Source: Pseudovirgaria hyperparasitica (lineage: Eukaryota). From it: 64,000 nt of DNA. The notes under the pieces were generated by a model, which saw only the letters and a program-made list of their open reading frames with translations, ran no database searches and was not told the origin of the DNA. Position 1 is the stretch's first letter; every line of letters begins with the position of its first letter. The stretch is from NCBI GenBank assembly GCA_010093815.1, contig ML996576.1. One strand, written 5' to 3'. Below, in pieces: positions 12,301-23,371 of the stretch. A program made the position numbers and the translations under genes.

Positions 12301-13056
12301 TGAACGTGCTGTTCGTGTCGACGTCAGGCTGGAAGTTTCTTTGCGTGGCCTTGAACTTTTAGCTTTTTGCCTTTACGAGGGCAGTGCAGGGCAGATTTGT
12401 AGGAACAAACAGCTGGGAATGGACTGATGGATGGACAGCACCGGGCATCATCCATGATACATTGGGGCCAATGCTGGCGTTTGGTGTGTGGCATCTCGTG
12501 TCTGAGTGTGGCCCGCACGCGGGGAGGAGACAAGGACTCGCCTGGATAAGTCTGCCGTTCGACGCAGTCAAGGCTGTCTGTGTGGTTGTTGGATCTTGAT
12601 TCTTTAGCCCCAGATGATCGATCCAGACTTCCACCACCAGAGCAAAAGCCTGTCTGTCCAAGCAATGAGATGAGATGGTGCGCGTCTGTGTCGGGACGGG
12701 CCAAAGTGAATATATCTGGACGGGTATCATGCGGCGCGTCTGTATACTTTTATCCACTAAAATAAATGCTTTTGCTGCTATAGGTACCGTGGTCTGCATT
12801 GCTGCTGAGCCGCATTATTGCCTTTTCTTTATTACCTTGACTCCATCCTCCTCCTCCACACACACACACACGGGCACGCTTTGACTGCTCCCCTCTGTTC
12901 ATTTATGCAAAACGCCCTTACTTGGTTCTTCGTTCTAGTTGCTTGACAAAACATTCTCTGTTGCTTCTCAATTCTGTACTGTATACATTGTTCTTGTTCT
13001 TTCATGGTGTTTGCCGACGCACGAGTTCATTGTGCGTGAGCGTTCCGGTGCCCCCA

Positions 13057-14619
13057 ATGCTGGCTCTCGCTCCTCAATCGCACCCAATCCGGCTTAGCCT
13101 CTTCGGTACCTGCTTAGCTCGCAACCTCACTGCCCCCATCACGGCCTCTCCTTTGTCAGACTCGGACTCATCACCACCTCCCCAGGCGCCGCGTATCCAT
13201 AGTCTCTGGTGCTCTAGCTCGGCTTCCTCGACGTCGCAACAACGGCCTCCCAGTCGCATACGCCTAGATCACCGCTATCACCGCCCGAGGTTGCGTGCAC
13301 TCCACCCAGCGACGACCTCCCGTTTACTGCTCGATGGTCCCTGACGAACCGTATCTTTAATCGAGGCTGGAACAATCCTGCGAATACCCTTCCACGACAA
13401 TCTCCTGCAAGACTCTGGAACCCGGTCAACTTCTCGCCTCGCGGTCCTCCTCCGCTGCCGAACCTTCCCATCTCCTATCCGCAGATCGCTGCAAGTTTAC
13501 CTTCTCGAGCAGAGCCTGGCGACGTTTCCCCCCTGCTAACTTTTCCGGAGCAAAAGAACAATCGTCTGAGCCTCACACATCCCTCGAGTCTGAACGTCGA
13601 GTCGTCCTCGGCAGGTCTAGAAAGCTTGACTGGGAGAACCAGCATTGGCCTTCCGCGAAATAGTCACAGCGCATACCGTTCACCGCTAATAGACGAGCAA
13701 AAAGTTCAGATGGAGCAACTAGCTGCTGCCGCGGGTATCAAGGGTGCTTCGACCCCCGAGCCACCTACAAATGCGCGCCATGGGTCAGATCTGGAAACAG
13801 GCGAGCCGAGGTCGCTGAATCGCATGTCCATAAAGGCCAGTCTGCCGCTCGAGAGGAGAAACTCGTTCACATCGGCTCTGGGCCCTTTGGACGGAACTCA
13901 GGAGGGTGAGGAGGCCAATCAGGCAGACGATGACGAAGAATACGCATGGGGTCCTTCGCATCCGTGCTTCCCACACACGAATCCACACGTACCTCTGGAT
14001 TCGCCGCTACATGCCTCGACGCGAATCATACGAGTCAAACGAGACTGGATGGTAGCGGGCGACTTGGCACCGACGTTTGCTAATCTGTATCCTGAAGTGC
14101 TAGACCCGTTGGTGCCGGAGGCGACATTCCGGAACGTGGTCAAGAACATCAACAAAGAGCTCCTGGCAGCTTTCGATCCACTGAGTGGGCGTGCGTGGAT
14201 AGACAGCATTCTGGGCGTTGCAACACTGTGGCTCTGGGACGACCTAGGGTTTTCCGGGGTCAAGTCAAAATTGAGGAAGTTGGAGCAGTGGATTGAGGAT
14301 TGGAACCACAAGGTTGGCGAGCCAGAGGGCGTGCGGATCATTGAATTGCGCAGAACGGGTTATCTCACCGTACGTTGCTGCGTCGCGCAAGACCCATTAC
14401 AATACCCCATGCTAACGTTCTTCGCAGCTCGACTTTCAGATCCCAGACCCGCAAATCGGCATCGATGCACAGAACAGCTCGAGTCGAGCCGATCTCCCTT
14501 ATCCACCTCCGCCGGCCAGTATCCCTGCTTCAGGCCATGGCTCCGGGCCTGATTACAGCCCGTACCAAAATCTCTCAGCCCATCAATTCTCGCAAATGCC
14601 ACAAACCGCGGTGGCGTGA
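13057..14619 (+). CDS. Golgin subfamily A member 7 / ERF4-family protein (Ras palmitoyltransferase accessory subunit). Start uncertain; last intron 14370-14427.
   Basis: Motifs WGPSHPCFPHTNPHVP, TRIIRVKRDW...GDLAPTFANLYPE and LRRTGYLT|LDFQIPDP. Intron GTACGT...GCTAAC...CAG. The frame is open from 13218 but the first in-frame ATG is at 13710. Confidence 0.8.
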
Positions 14620-15400
14620 TTAACTACCAGTAATGAGGGGGAGCGAGAAGTCTATAATGGTCATCATTACCAAGACATCGGCTTCTGAGCCGATTATTAT
14701 TAGGAGGCGTTCGACAGGGTTCATATCCGCTGTACAAGGTATATCTCATGCTATGTTGCTATGTGTTCTTTCTCTCTCTCTTTTGCATAGCGTGTGCGTG
14801 CTGTTTTTGATTTCTTCTTGTAAATCAACAGCGCAATCGTGGGTTTGTCAATCGTTTATTGTTGCTTCTATACCCTTGTTGTATTGTTCGCCGGATTTTA
14901 AAATGGGCATCATAATGGTGATGGTCGCTGCAAAGCAGACTCGATTGGTTGCCCACTGAGGTGTGGGTAGGGGGAATATACGGACGAGCAGTTCTACGTA
15001 GATCTATCACTCGCTGAGCTCGCGCTCTATATGTCTTATAGTTCTAATAAATCTTGCTAAAAGCTATGACTACATTTTGTGTGAACGGAGACCAGATATT
15101 AAGCGTACCTATTTCGTTTGTCGTGGATGTCCGAATGTTTCCGCTACGGATGCGCTGACTAACCAGATCTTGGCGTCGTAGGTAGGCTGCGCGCGGCGAC
15201 TCGACAATCGAACTTGGACATCCGTCATCAGGCCAGACATAAATCCCATCCCTGCCAAAGTTCAATCAGCAATCCACTCAGACTCAGTATCTACTTTGCA
15301 GTACAAACTTTCTCACTACAAAGCTCCTCAGTCTGCTCGACCGGAACCGCGCAATCCAAGCCTACGTCAGGCTCCCGTCCCTACACCAACCGCCCCCATA

Positions 15401-15913
15401 ATGAAGCCCGTCGTATCTGCGCTGAACGCATGGACATGGTATGTGGATTCAAAAGACGAGAGCTGCGAACTAGTTCCTGACATCTGGCAGCGTCGTCGTA
15501 TCGGTCTTTGCTATCATAATCCTTTCTATCATCGGTTCTCTGTTTAAAGTACGCAAGCCCCGTTTACTCCATGCAACAGAAGAGCAACAAAGGACCAGGT
15601 CCCTGGCTGAGATAGGGGATAGATACTGAAGACTATGGCTGACACTATTGACAGGCAAATCACCACTCGATGATGGGTTCAACAGACGATCCTAAGGATG
15701 GAGCGGCGGTTGCGGGAGCGGTCTTCGGCGCTGTGGCGGTATACGGGGTATGTCTTCTTTGCCGGAAACCTCCTCTCACCATACCTCACAGCCTATTTGA
15801 TATCACATTTCAGCACCAGCTAACGTTGTAATATGCAGGCCTTTCTCATCTTTTGCGCCAGCCAAGGCCTACTACACATCCGCGAAAGCCGCCGGGGCGC
15901 CATATCGCTATAA
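15401..15913 (+). CDS. 87-aa two-TM microprotein, V-ATPase subunit f / RNase-kappa-like. Exons 15401-15438, 15491-15548, 15655-15747, 15839-15913.
   Basis: Spliced translation MKPVVSALNAWTCVVVSVFAIIILSIIGSLFKANHHSMMGSTDDPKDGAAVAGAVFGAVAVYGAFLIFCASQGLLHIRESRRGAISL*. Three canonical introns, 264 nt in total. Missed by the ORF track. Confidence 0.85.
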
Positions 15914-16550
15914 AGTAATGGACACATTCAAAGCTGTATCGAGTTTACCGTTTTTCCTTTCCAAGACTACTCTCCTCAGGAGTACTAATTGCATTTGGAC
16001 TCCGCAAAACAAGGATGTGTGGATTGCTGGTGCAGGGCGTTTTTCGGAATTTATGTAAGCCTCGGCATACTGGGCTAGGTACTGAGAATCTGCTGGGTTT
16101 TATATATTTTTTGTAGGTCCGCGCTTAGCGGAAGGATGGTATAGAAATACATGGCTCTTGAGGAGCGTTTGTTGAAGGACTAGCTTGACCTGATGTGATG
16201 TTATAGTGTTTGGGTGCCAAGCTGTGACTTAGCTTTAGAACAGCTCGACAAAGACATCTCTCATGCAGCATAAGCGTTCAGTACTAGAAATCGTTCCAAA
16301 GACACCATATAGTCTCTTTACTAGACTAATTTTGTGTGGCAATAACGTTCCTCGCTCAAACTTATACGGTCACTATAGGCGGCCGGTGTTCAAGCTACCT
16401 CTGCCATCTACCACCCCACCCTCTACTACCTGCCATCCGTCTACAGCCACCTTGGGACCACATCCATGAGCTTCCGGGGTCGAAACAACCTTCTTCATGA
16501 GTTGAAGCACCCTCGTTAGAATCCTTTCTTCACCTATCACTTCCGTCACC

Positions 16551-17907
16551 ATGGCCGAACTCTCTGCGATAAAGCTCAATGCAGAGTCACAGATCCTCCT
16601 CGTAAGCTCCCCGTCGACATCACCACACGCACACGCTCCGCTCTAACATGACATACAGGAACGACCTCTCCTCGGCGTGCCATACGAGCTCTCGCGCAAG
16701 AAGTTTGCCACCGCCCGTCGCGAAGTCGACCGCGAGCAGTCCTTCCTCACAAAAACCCTGTCCTCCGCCTCCACCACCTCCGACCCAGTCTCCGCCCTCG
16801 ACACCCTGATCTCGCGCATGGCAAACCTCAAGCGCAAGCTCGAGGTCCTACAAGCCGAGGAAACAGAACTACAGGAGCAGAGCAAGGCGCGCATCGAACA
16901 TCTGCGCGCGCTGGAGCGCATCCCGACGGTCATGGACGTCAAGTATGATGAGTGGAGCAGGACGCGGCTGAACAGGCTGCTGGTGGACTATATGCTGCGG
17001 AGCGGGTATGTTGAGAGTGCGCGGCAGCTCGCGGCCGAGAAGGGGATTGAGAAGCTGGTGGATGTGGGCAGTATGGTGGAGTGTTTGCGGATCGAGAAGA
17101 GCTTGAAGGAGGGCAGAACGGCGGAGGCGTTGGCGTGGTGTGCGGAGCATGGCAAGGATTTGAAAAAGCTGAATGTGAGTTGTGCATAGGATAGGGGGGT
17201 TTCCAGGAGGCAGGGACTGACAGGGGGAGCAGATTCATCTTGTGTTTGAGCTGCGGTTGTCGCAGTATATCATGCTTGTGCGGGAGGGCAAGCTGAATGA
17301 GGCCTTGATGCATGCAAAGAAGCATTTCTATACCCCGCCGAATGAGAAGTATAGGGCTGTGGTTATGAAGGCTGCGGCGATGCTGGTGCTTCGTCAGGAT
17401 GTACAGGTCGAGCCTTATTTGGTAAGTCGTCTGGTTTTTTCGAAAAATGTATTTGCTCATGCTAACGATTCTAAGACCTGGTACTCTCCGGAACGTAATC
17501 ACGATATCGCCGCCATGTTTGTGGAGACGCATCACACAATCTTCGGCCTCCCGAAACGCCCCCTTCTTCATATCGCCCTGTCTGCTGGTCTCTCCGCCCT
17601 CAAGACACCAGCCTGTCATTCAAAACATACGAGCTCGTCAGGTAACGCTTCCAGCGCAGCCTCGACTCTATGTCCTATATGCTCAAAGGAGCTGCACGAG
17701 TTGGCTCGAAACGTTCCCTATGCACATCACACGAAGAGCCATGTCGACCCCGATCCAGTCGTTCTGCCACATGGGCGTATATACGGAAGAGAGTTCCTCC
17801 GGCAAGCAAACGAGAAACTGGGTACAGAGAAGGGCATGGTTCGAGATCCGACAGAACTCGACAAGCTGTGTCGTGAGGAAGATGTCAAGAAGGTATTTAT
17901 ATCATAA
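16551..17907 (+). CDS. FYV10: GID/CTLH E3 ligase subunit Fyv10/Gid9 (MAEA-like; LisH-CTLH-CRA-RING-like). Exons 16551-16601, 16659-17174, 17233-17421, 17476-17907.
   Basis: Motifs WSRTRLNRLLVDYMLR (LisH), EALAWC, FELRL, PLLHIALSAGLSALKTPAC, CPICSKEL and VPYAHHTKS; canonical introns. Confidence 0.9.
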
Positions 17908-18070
17908 TACACAGGGGAAGAGAGAGAGTTAGGTCAGTCTGGATTTGATAGCGTGGCGTTGGAGGGTTCGGTTTTGCCATTATATGAATGGCGGGTATAT
18001 CGTTATGTACAAGCAGCAACAGTCATACTGTGTGTGGGTGGCGTTGTATACAGTCCTCCTCTGTCAGATA

Positions 18071-19150
18071 CTACTCATCATCATCACTACTCTCTCCGCC
18101 CGCTTTCCTCTTCCGCTTTTTGCCTTGGCCGGGCGGTACCATTGCGCCGCCGAGCAGCTTCATGATGCCCTCTTCCCCAGTCCCCGTCCAGCCAGGAAGC
18201 CCAAAACAATACGTTCTCGCTGCACGGTCATTGCCCGACCACGCCCCAGGCTTTCTCCTCTCCTGCACACCATCCCCCACCACATCACCTCTCTCCCCAT
18301 CTCCCTCTTCCCCGCCCTTACTCGCCCCCTCCCCATCCCTCCCCACCAAATCCCCCACCGTCCTAACATGCCCATACCCCCGCCAACACCCCCAATCAAA
18401 CGCCCAACTCCCCAGCACCCGCCACCCCTCACTCCGCGCCAAATCCCGCACATTCCACAGCGTATACGGCTCCCGCTCAAACAGCGTCACAAGTACACTC
18501 CCCCGCTCCCCATGCACCAACCCCTTCACCCCGCGGAAAAACCCACTCAGCAACGCCTGATTCGCACGCACCTGCCGGTTCACATCCGTCGACAGCCCGC
18601 CCGTATGCGGGAAGTTGAACACGACGTAGTCGTACCCCGTGCCGCGCCGCGTCGTGCCGTCGGTACATACGATCTCGCGGTTCTGTACGTGGGATTTTAG
18701 AGCGCTGTTGGTGGTGCAAGTGTGCAGTTTCGTGGCGTCGATGGAAAAGAGCACGCGGCTGCCTTCGGCGGTGATGTAGGCGGTGTTTGCGCCTGCGGTG
18801 GCGTATTTCTGGAGGGTGGTGGCGCGGCTGTCGTAGCTTGTTGCTGTGAGGTCGGCGCAGCCGTGCTGGGAGATGAGGGTGTGGGAGAAGGAGAAGTCGC
18901 CTTCGCCGAGGAGGAGGATGGCGTCGTGTGGGGAGAAGGGGATTGTTGGGGGGGAGGAGGAGGAGGAGGAGGAGGAGGAGGTGTTGGTGGTGGTGGTCTT
19001 GGAGGATGCTGGGTTTGAGGGTTGCTGGGGTTTGCGCTTGGGTTTGGACGGTGGATGAGGTGGTTTACTGATGGAGTATTTGGGTTTGTTGTGGGTGGTC
19101 TTGGAGGGTGGGAGGGATCGTCGGCGAGGTTTCGTTTTCGTGTGCGCCAT
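18071..19150 (-). CDS. BMT5: 25S rRNA uridine-N3 methyltransferase BMT5-like (DUF2431)
   Basis: Intronless 359 aa with ILLLGEGDFSFS, IDATKL, FNFPHTGG..TDVNRQVRANQ and VTLFEREPYTLWNVRDLAR; basic N-terminus with poly-Ser. Confidence 0.88.
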   Translation of the reverse strand: MAHTKTKPRRRSLPPSKTTHNKPKYSISKPPHPPSKPKRKPQQPSNPASSKTTTTNTSSSSSSSSSPPTIPFSPHDAILLLGEGDFSFSHTLISQHGCADLTATSYDSRATTLQKYATAGANTAYITAEGSRVLFSIDATKLHTCTTNSALKSHVQNREIVCTDGTTRRGTGYDYVVFNFPHTGGLSTDVNRQVRANQALLSGFFRGVKGLVHGERGSVLVTLFEREPYTLWNVRDLARSEGWRVLGSWAFDWGCWRGYGHVRTVGDLVGRDGEGASKGGEEGDGERGDVVGDGVQERRKPGAWSGNDRAARTYCFGLPGWTGTGEEGIMKLLGGAMVPPGQGKKRKRKAGGESSDDDE

Positions 19151-19257
19151 TTTTTGGGTGGGATTCTGGACGACGATGGTGGTGGTGGTGGTGGTTAATT
19201 ATGGGGATGTGAAATGTTCGGAATGCGACTCGGCCGGGGTTTAGTTTAGATAGCTCC

Positions 19258-19263
19258 GATGAG
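19258..19263. promoter_or_regulatory. PAC-like element (GATGAG) about 110 bp upstream of BMT5
   Basis: CGATGAG lies upstream of a ribosome-biogenesis gene, and PAC is an established ascomycete RiBi promoter motif. It is only a 6-mer, so a chance match is possible. Confidence 0.35.
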
Positions 19264-19589
19264 GCGGGCTATGACAGAACAGGGTAAATAGATATGATAT
19301 ATGTCGTACATGTACTAATCCTGGGTTGACATACTTTGCTAGTGAGCTTAATCATGGTGATTATGCCTTTCGTGGCTGAGAAGTGCTTTCTCTTATTAGC
19401 GGATTATTATGCTAGTCGTATTGCGTATAACTTGGGTACGCTCTCGCAACTAATATTGTAGACCTTCTTCCTCATTCATTAGGCTTCTATCTCACGATAT
19501 CTATACATATGCGTCGCATGTATCCTTGACATCCCAGTTCAGTTGCTTCCATGATAGGCCAAGTACAGCTATAACCCGTGATGCTATGT

Positions 19590-21227
19590 CTAAAGATGAT
19601 ACCCAGATGACCACCACTTCCCACTGTTGTAGTAGTACAGCCATTCACTCGGTGGGCCCCATGTAAACAGACCGTCTCCCTCCACACCAAGTCCTAGCCC
19701 TCGCAGAGGGCTTATCGGACATGGTTCAAATAGCCAAATCCCTGCCCTTGCAAAGTCATCGGCAAGGAGACTGGAAGTCGAATGCAGCCAGGTGTACACC
19801 CAAATAAATCTAAAAACCTGGGCAGCTCTTTTCGGTGTGCGTTGTGAAAGCCCTGTCTTTCTCACCAGACTGATACCGAAGCGCTCAAGCATCAGTCCAA
19901 GTGGTTGAAGCAGAAAATAGAGAAAGGATCCAGTCAAGGGGCTTGTATTACCCACTATCGTGTTGCCAGCAGAAGTGTAGCTACCCATGCCGTGCATCAA
20001 ACCAGATAGACAAAATGCCGTAAAGAGGCGGATGAGCAGCGCAGATGTCGATTTTTTGTCCACACCAAAGACCCTGATGATAGGTTTGGATGGTGCTTCA
20101 AAGGCAAAACGAAAGGTCTGGTGCCAGAAGCTGCCCCAAAATCCAAAAAGCCCACGATCGTATATGTTACTGAATGATCCCCACGTGTCTGGATACACCC
20201 ATGGCTCCGCGTGTGCTCCAATCCATTTCGGGCCGAGAAGTCCGCTGAAGAACAGTGGCGAGAGGCTAAATATTGTTTCAATGGCGACCCATACTCCGAC
20301 CATCGTAAAAATCAGACGCGATGACTTTACGATGAATGGGGTTTCAGCTACGATGGTGGGGTAGTATGATGGCGGAGCAGCATCGGTGTAGCCCCAAAAG
20401 TACGGATCCTTCATGAGTACGACCTTGAGAAAGTCGAGCTTCATATAGCCTAGCAGAAGTAGTCGAAGATTCTTTTGGAGGAGCTCTTTTCGGGTGCTGT
20501 AGCCCTGTGTGCCGTCTGCACCAAGTTTAGAGTCTCCGATTTTAGTCTGCTGTTCCTTAGTATAGTACTGCAGTTCATCTTGGACAGCTTGGGGTGGTGG
20601 CGGCGGCCCGGGTACGTGGAAATTCCAAGCAATGGCGCGAAAGTTCGCGAGAAGATCAGTGACCCATAGAAGACGTTTGCTGAAAGACTCCTCGGGGTAG
20701 TGTTGCCATTTGTAATAGTACATGCCTGTGTCTGGACAATATGAATCCTTGTAGGGCTGTGTAGTCTCGTGCACAATGGCATCATGCAGATTCTGGTATG
20801 ATGATGCACGTCTTCGCCCATTTTTACTCCTATCCACCATGGTCTCTTTCGCTGGGCGCCTCCTTCCGCCCCACTCAACTCTCTTGAACTCAGTCTGTGG
20901 GTCGTAGACGAGCATCATGACGCCAAACCAAAGTAGAGTCCACGTAGATACAAGTCCAACAGCAAAAGCTGTGGCTACTTTCTTATTTCGATAGTGTATA
21001 TTGACATACACCAGGTATGAAAGCACTATGGTATATATAGCATATCGCGATCGGCGTACCCATGAAAACCTACGATGGGGAAGCAAGAAATACGCATATG
21101 CTAAGAGGACTGGAAGCAGCGTGAGGAGTAGAGTGAACGGAGCATATTTTCCTTCTGCGACATCAACGTCAAATTGATGCTCATAGTAGGCTTGCAACTC
21201 GCGATGAGTCGAAAACCGAGGCGTCAT
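19590..21227 (-). CDS. Membrane-bound O-acyltransferase (MBOAT_2 / wax synthase domain)
   Basis: Intronless 545 aa, multi-TM. Motifs FRAIAWNF, GFWGSFWHQTFRFAF, AFCLSGLMH (catalytic His) and DDFARAGIWLFEP. Confidence 0.85.
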   Translation of the reverse strand: MTPRFSTHRELQAYYEHQFDVDVAEGKYAPFTLLLTLLPVLLAYAYFLLPHRRFSWVRRSRYAIYTIVLSYLVYVNIHYRNKKVATAFAVGLVSTWTLLWFGVMMLVYDPQTEFKRVEWGGRRRPAKETMVDRSKNGRRRASSYQNLHDAIVHETTQPYKDSYCPDTGMYYYKWQHYPEESFSKRLLWVTDLLANFRAIAWNFHVPGPPPPPQAVQDELQYYTKEQQTKIGDSKLGADGTQGYSTRKELLQKNLRLLLLGYMKLDFLKVVLMKDPYFWGYTDAAPPSYYPTIVAETPFIVKSSRLIFTMVGVWVAIETIFSLSPLFFSGLLGPKWIGAHAEPWVYPDTWGSFSNIYDRGLFGFWGSFWHQTFRFAFEAPSKPIIRVFGVDKKSTSALLIRLFTAFCLSGLMHGMGSYTSAGNTIVGNTSPLTGSFLYFLLQPLGLMLERFGISLVRKTGLSQRTPKRAAQVFRFIWVYTWLHSTSSLLADDFARAGIWLFEPCPISPLRGLGLGVEGDGLFTWGPPSEWLYYYNSGKWWSSGYHL

Positions 21228-21609
21228 ATCGAGTCTCGTCGCACGCAGTCTGTGATAGTGTCAAGAGAGGATGTTAATTGCTGAGACTGGTGAGTATAGC
21301 ATAGTGGTGAACGGCGATGGGTCTGTTGAGATGAGGTTGCAGATCCGCTGAGATCGATGGACAAGTGATGCCACCACTTCCCACTAAGCTCTCATCTAGT
21401 TAGCCGGGTGATTGGTCCACTCACCACGCCACCGCTGCCATCCGTATGCATACGAGGCCTTTCGAGTGACTCGCTTCACCTCGTACACTGCAATCTTTCT
21501 CAAAGACTTTTTTAGTCTTGATTGTAATCTGTGCGGGAATTGTTTCGGCTCACCAGTGCAACTTCGACAGAAAACGGCCGGGTTTGATGTTCCAAATATG
21601 ATACCCAGC

Positions 21610-22829
21610 TCAGTCACCATCCTGCATCTCAACCTCCTCGCCACCATCTCTTCCTGCATCATCTGCTTCTACGTCTTCTGGTGCAACAGGAAAACTCAGA
21701 TGCTTCCAATCTTCGATCTCCTCAATGATCGATCTGAGTCTGTCCCTGATACTATCCACCGCATAGCTGCCAAGTAGTAGTCGCAGAGGTGGATAGCTGC
21801 AATGTCCCAGTTGCCATACGAGCTCTGCACTCTTTACTGCTGACGTTGGCTGCCGGTCATTTAACCATTGAACCAGTCTCTTTGCATGTCCGGCCGGCGC
21901 CGTCCGATCGTTGTAAGGGGCACTCGCAGGTTTAATGAGAAACTGGCCATACCGTTTAAAGGGGGCACCGTCTCCGGGTGTATCATCAAGTCTGACATGC
22001 CCAGGCTCAACAAGCGTAGCTTTAATATTAAAGGCATCTACCTCGTACAAAATGCTCTCGATCAAGCCTTCAACGGCGTATTTGGTTGCGCAGTATGGTC
22101 CGAGACCAGGAACGCCAAGGGCGCCAGCTGTACTGGAGAATATCAAGTATCGACCGTGAAGCTGGGTACGGAAAATGGGGAGTGAGCATTGAAGAATGTG
22201 TAGCACACCGAGAAAATTGGTCTCGAATTGGTTCCGTAGGTCGTACTCAGATTGGTCCTCGGTAGGAGCTATTACGCCTGTGCAAGGTGAGTCGTAGTCA
22301 TAGCAGGAATGGAGTCAATGACTACCGTAACCAGTACAGCTGTCATCATTAACGTCAACCTCTTAATTTTACGCCGAGTTAAACGTACTTTGCAATTATG
22401 CCCACGCTACCCCAACGTTTGACACACTGATCGATAACGCGCGAGACACTACTCCTTACTCGGACGTCGCAGAGGATAGGCTGACAATTCTCGGTTTCTA
22501 GATGTGACATCTGCTCAATCTTGTTCTCTTCCGTCCATCCCACCGCGGTGACTCTGTCGCCATGTCTGAGAGCAGCTCGAACGAGCGAATGGCCTAAGTG
22601 GCCCGTGGCACCAAATATCTGGACAATCCATCAGTATTATTCTCCTAGGTCTTGATTGAGAACGTCGTGCATCAGATGCAGGGAGGTGCAATGTGGGGTT
22701 GCGTACTATCCATACTGTTTGCTTTGGCGGATTCGATTCGCTCGGAGGGTCACATGTCGCTGGTAGCTGGAGCTTTGGGGCTTTGGAAGGTGTGGCAGGC
22801 GACAAGTTGCCGTTCAATAAATCATCCAT
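21610..22829 (-). CDS. Short-chain dehydrogenase/reductase. Exons 22829-22707, 22618-22389, 22339-22326 (14-nt micro-exon), 22277-21610; 344 aa.
   Basis: Rossmann motif IFGATGHLG, NCTGYG, QFETNFLG, catalytic Ser (FSST) and YCATK. Three canonical introns give a continuous frame. Confidence 0.85.
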
Positions 22830-23371
22830 GAGGATCAGAGACACTTGCCCTAAAGGTTGAAGCGTGAGGCATGGAGTTATCAATCAAGTTCGGGTCCCAT
22901 CCCGGGTATGGATTAATCTCAGGTTCGAACTAACCGGATCCGGATATGGTATGTTGCGTATCTGGGCAACGACATTCCAACGCCAGCTCATTCTCAAGAT
23001 ATTATATACTATTTTCTGCACACACGCCACGAGACGTAGCAGGCATATATACTTGATGTTCGAGAAAACTCACAGTTGTTTTAGAGGTTCACTTTCACGA
23101 AAGTTCAAAAAACATGGTACAAAAGAGTAGCATGTAACACCTCGTCATCTTATAGCTGATCATGACTCAGATCGGGGCGGTAGGCTGGTCATTAGAAAAG
23201 TCCGGTTCTCGAAGACACTTGACTACCAGATACCATCCCGGAGGACTTATAGAAATCAACTAAAAGAGTGGAAAACCATAGGTTCGCTATACACAGTAAG
23301 TGCTAGAGATAAAGAAATCGCCAGTGACTAATACATTATAGTTTCAAAATTGAGATCATGAAGCCATATAA

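Noticed and set aside
17945..19058. Long plus-strand ORFs overlapping BMT5 (251 aa, 190 aa and others)
   Set aside because: Antisense shadows of a GC-rich coding sequence, with non-ATG starts and no motifs.
19590..22829. MBOAT and SDR as definite members of the PKS cluster
   Set aside because: Both resemble widely conserved single-copy genes as I remember them; adjacency alone is insufficient.
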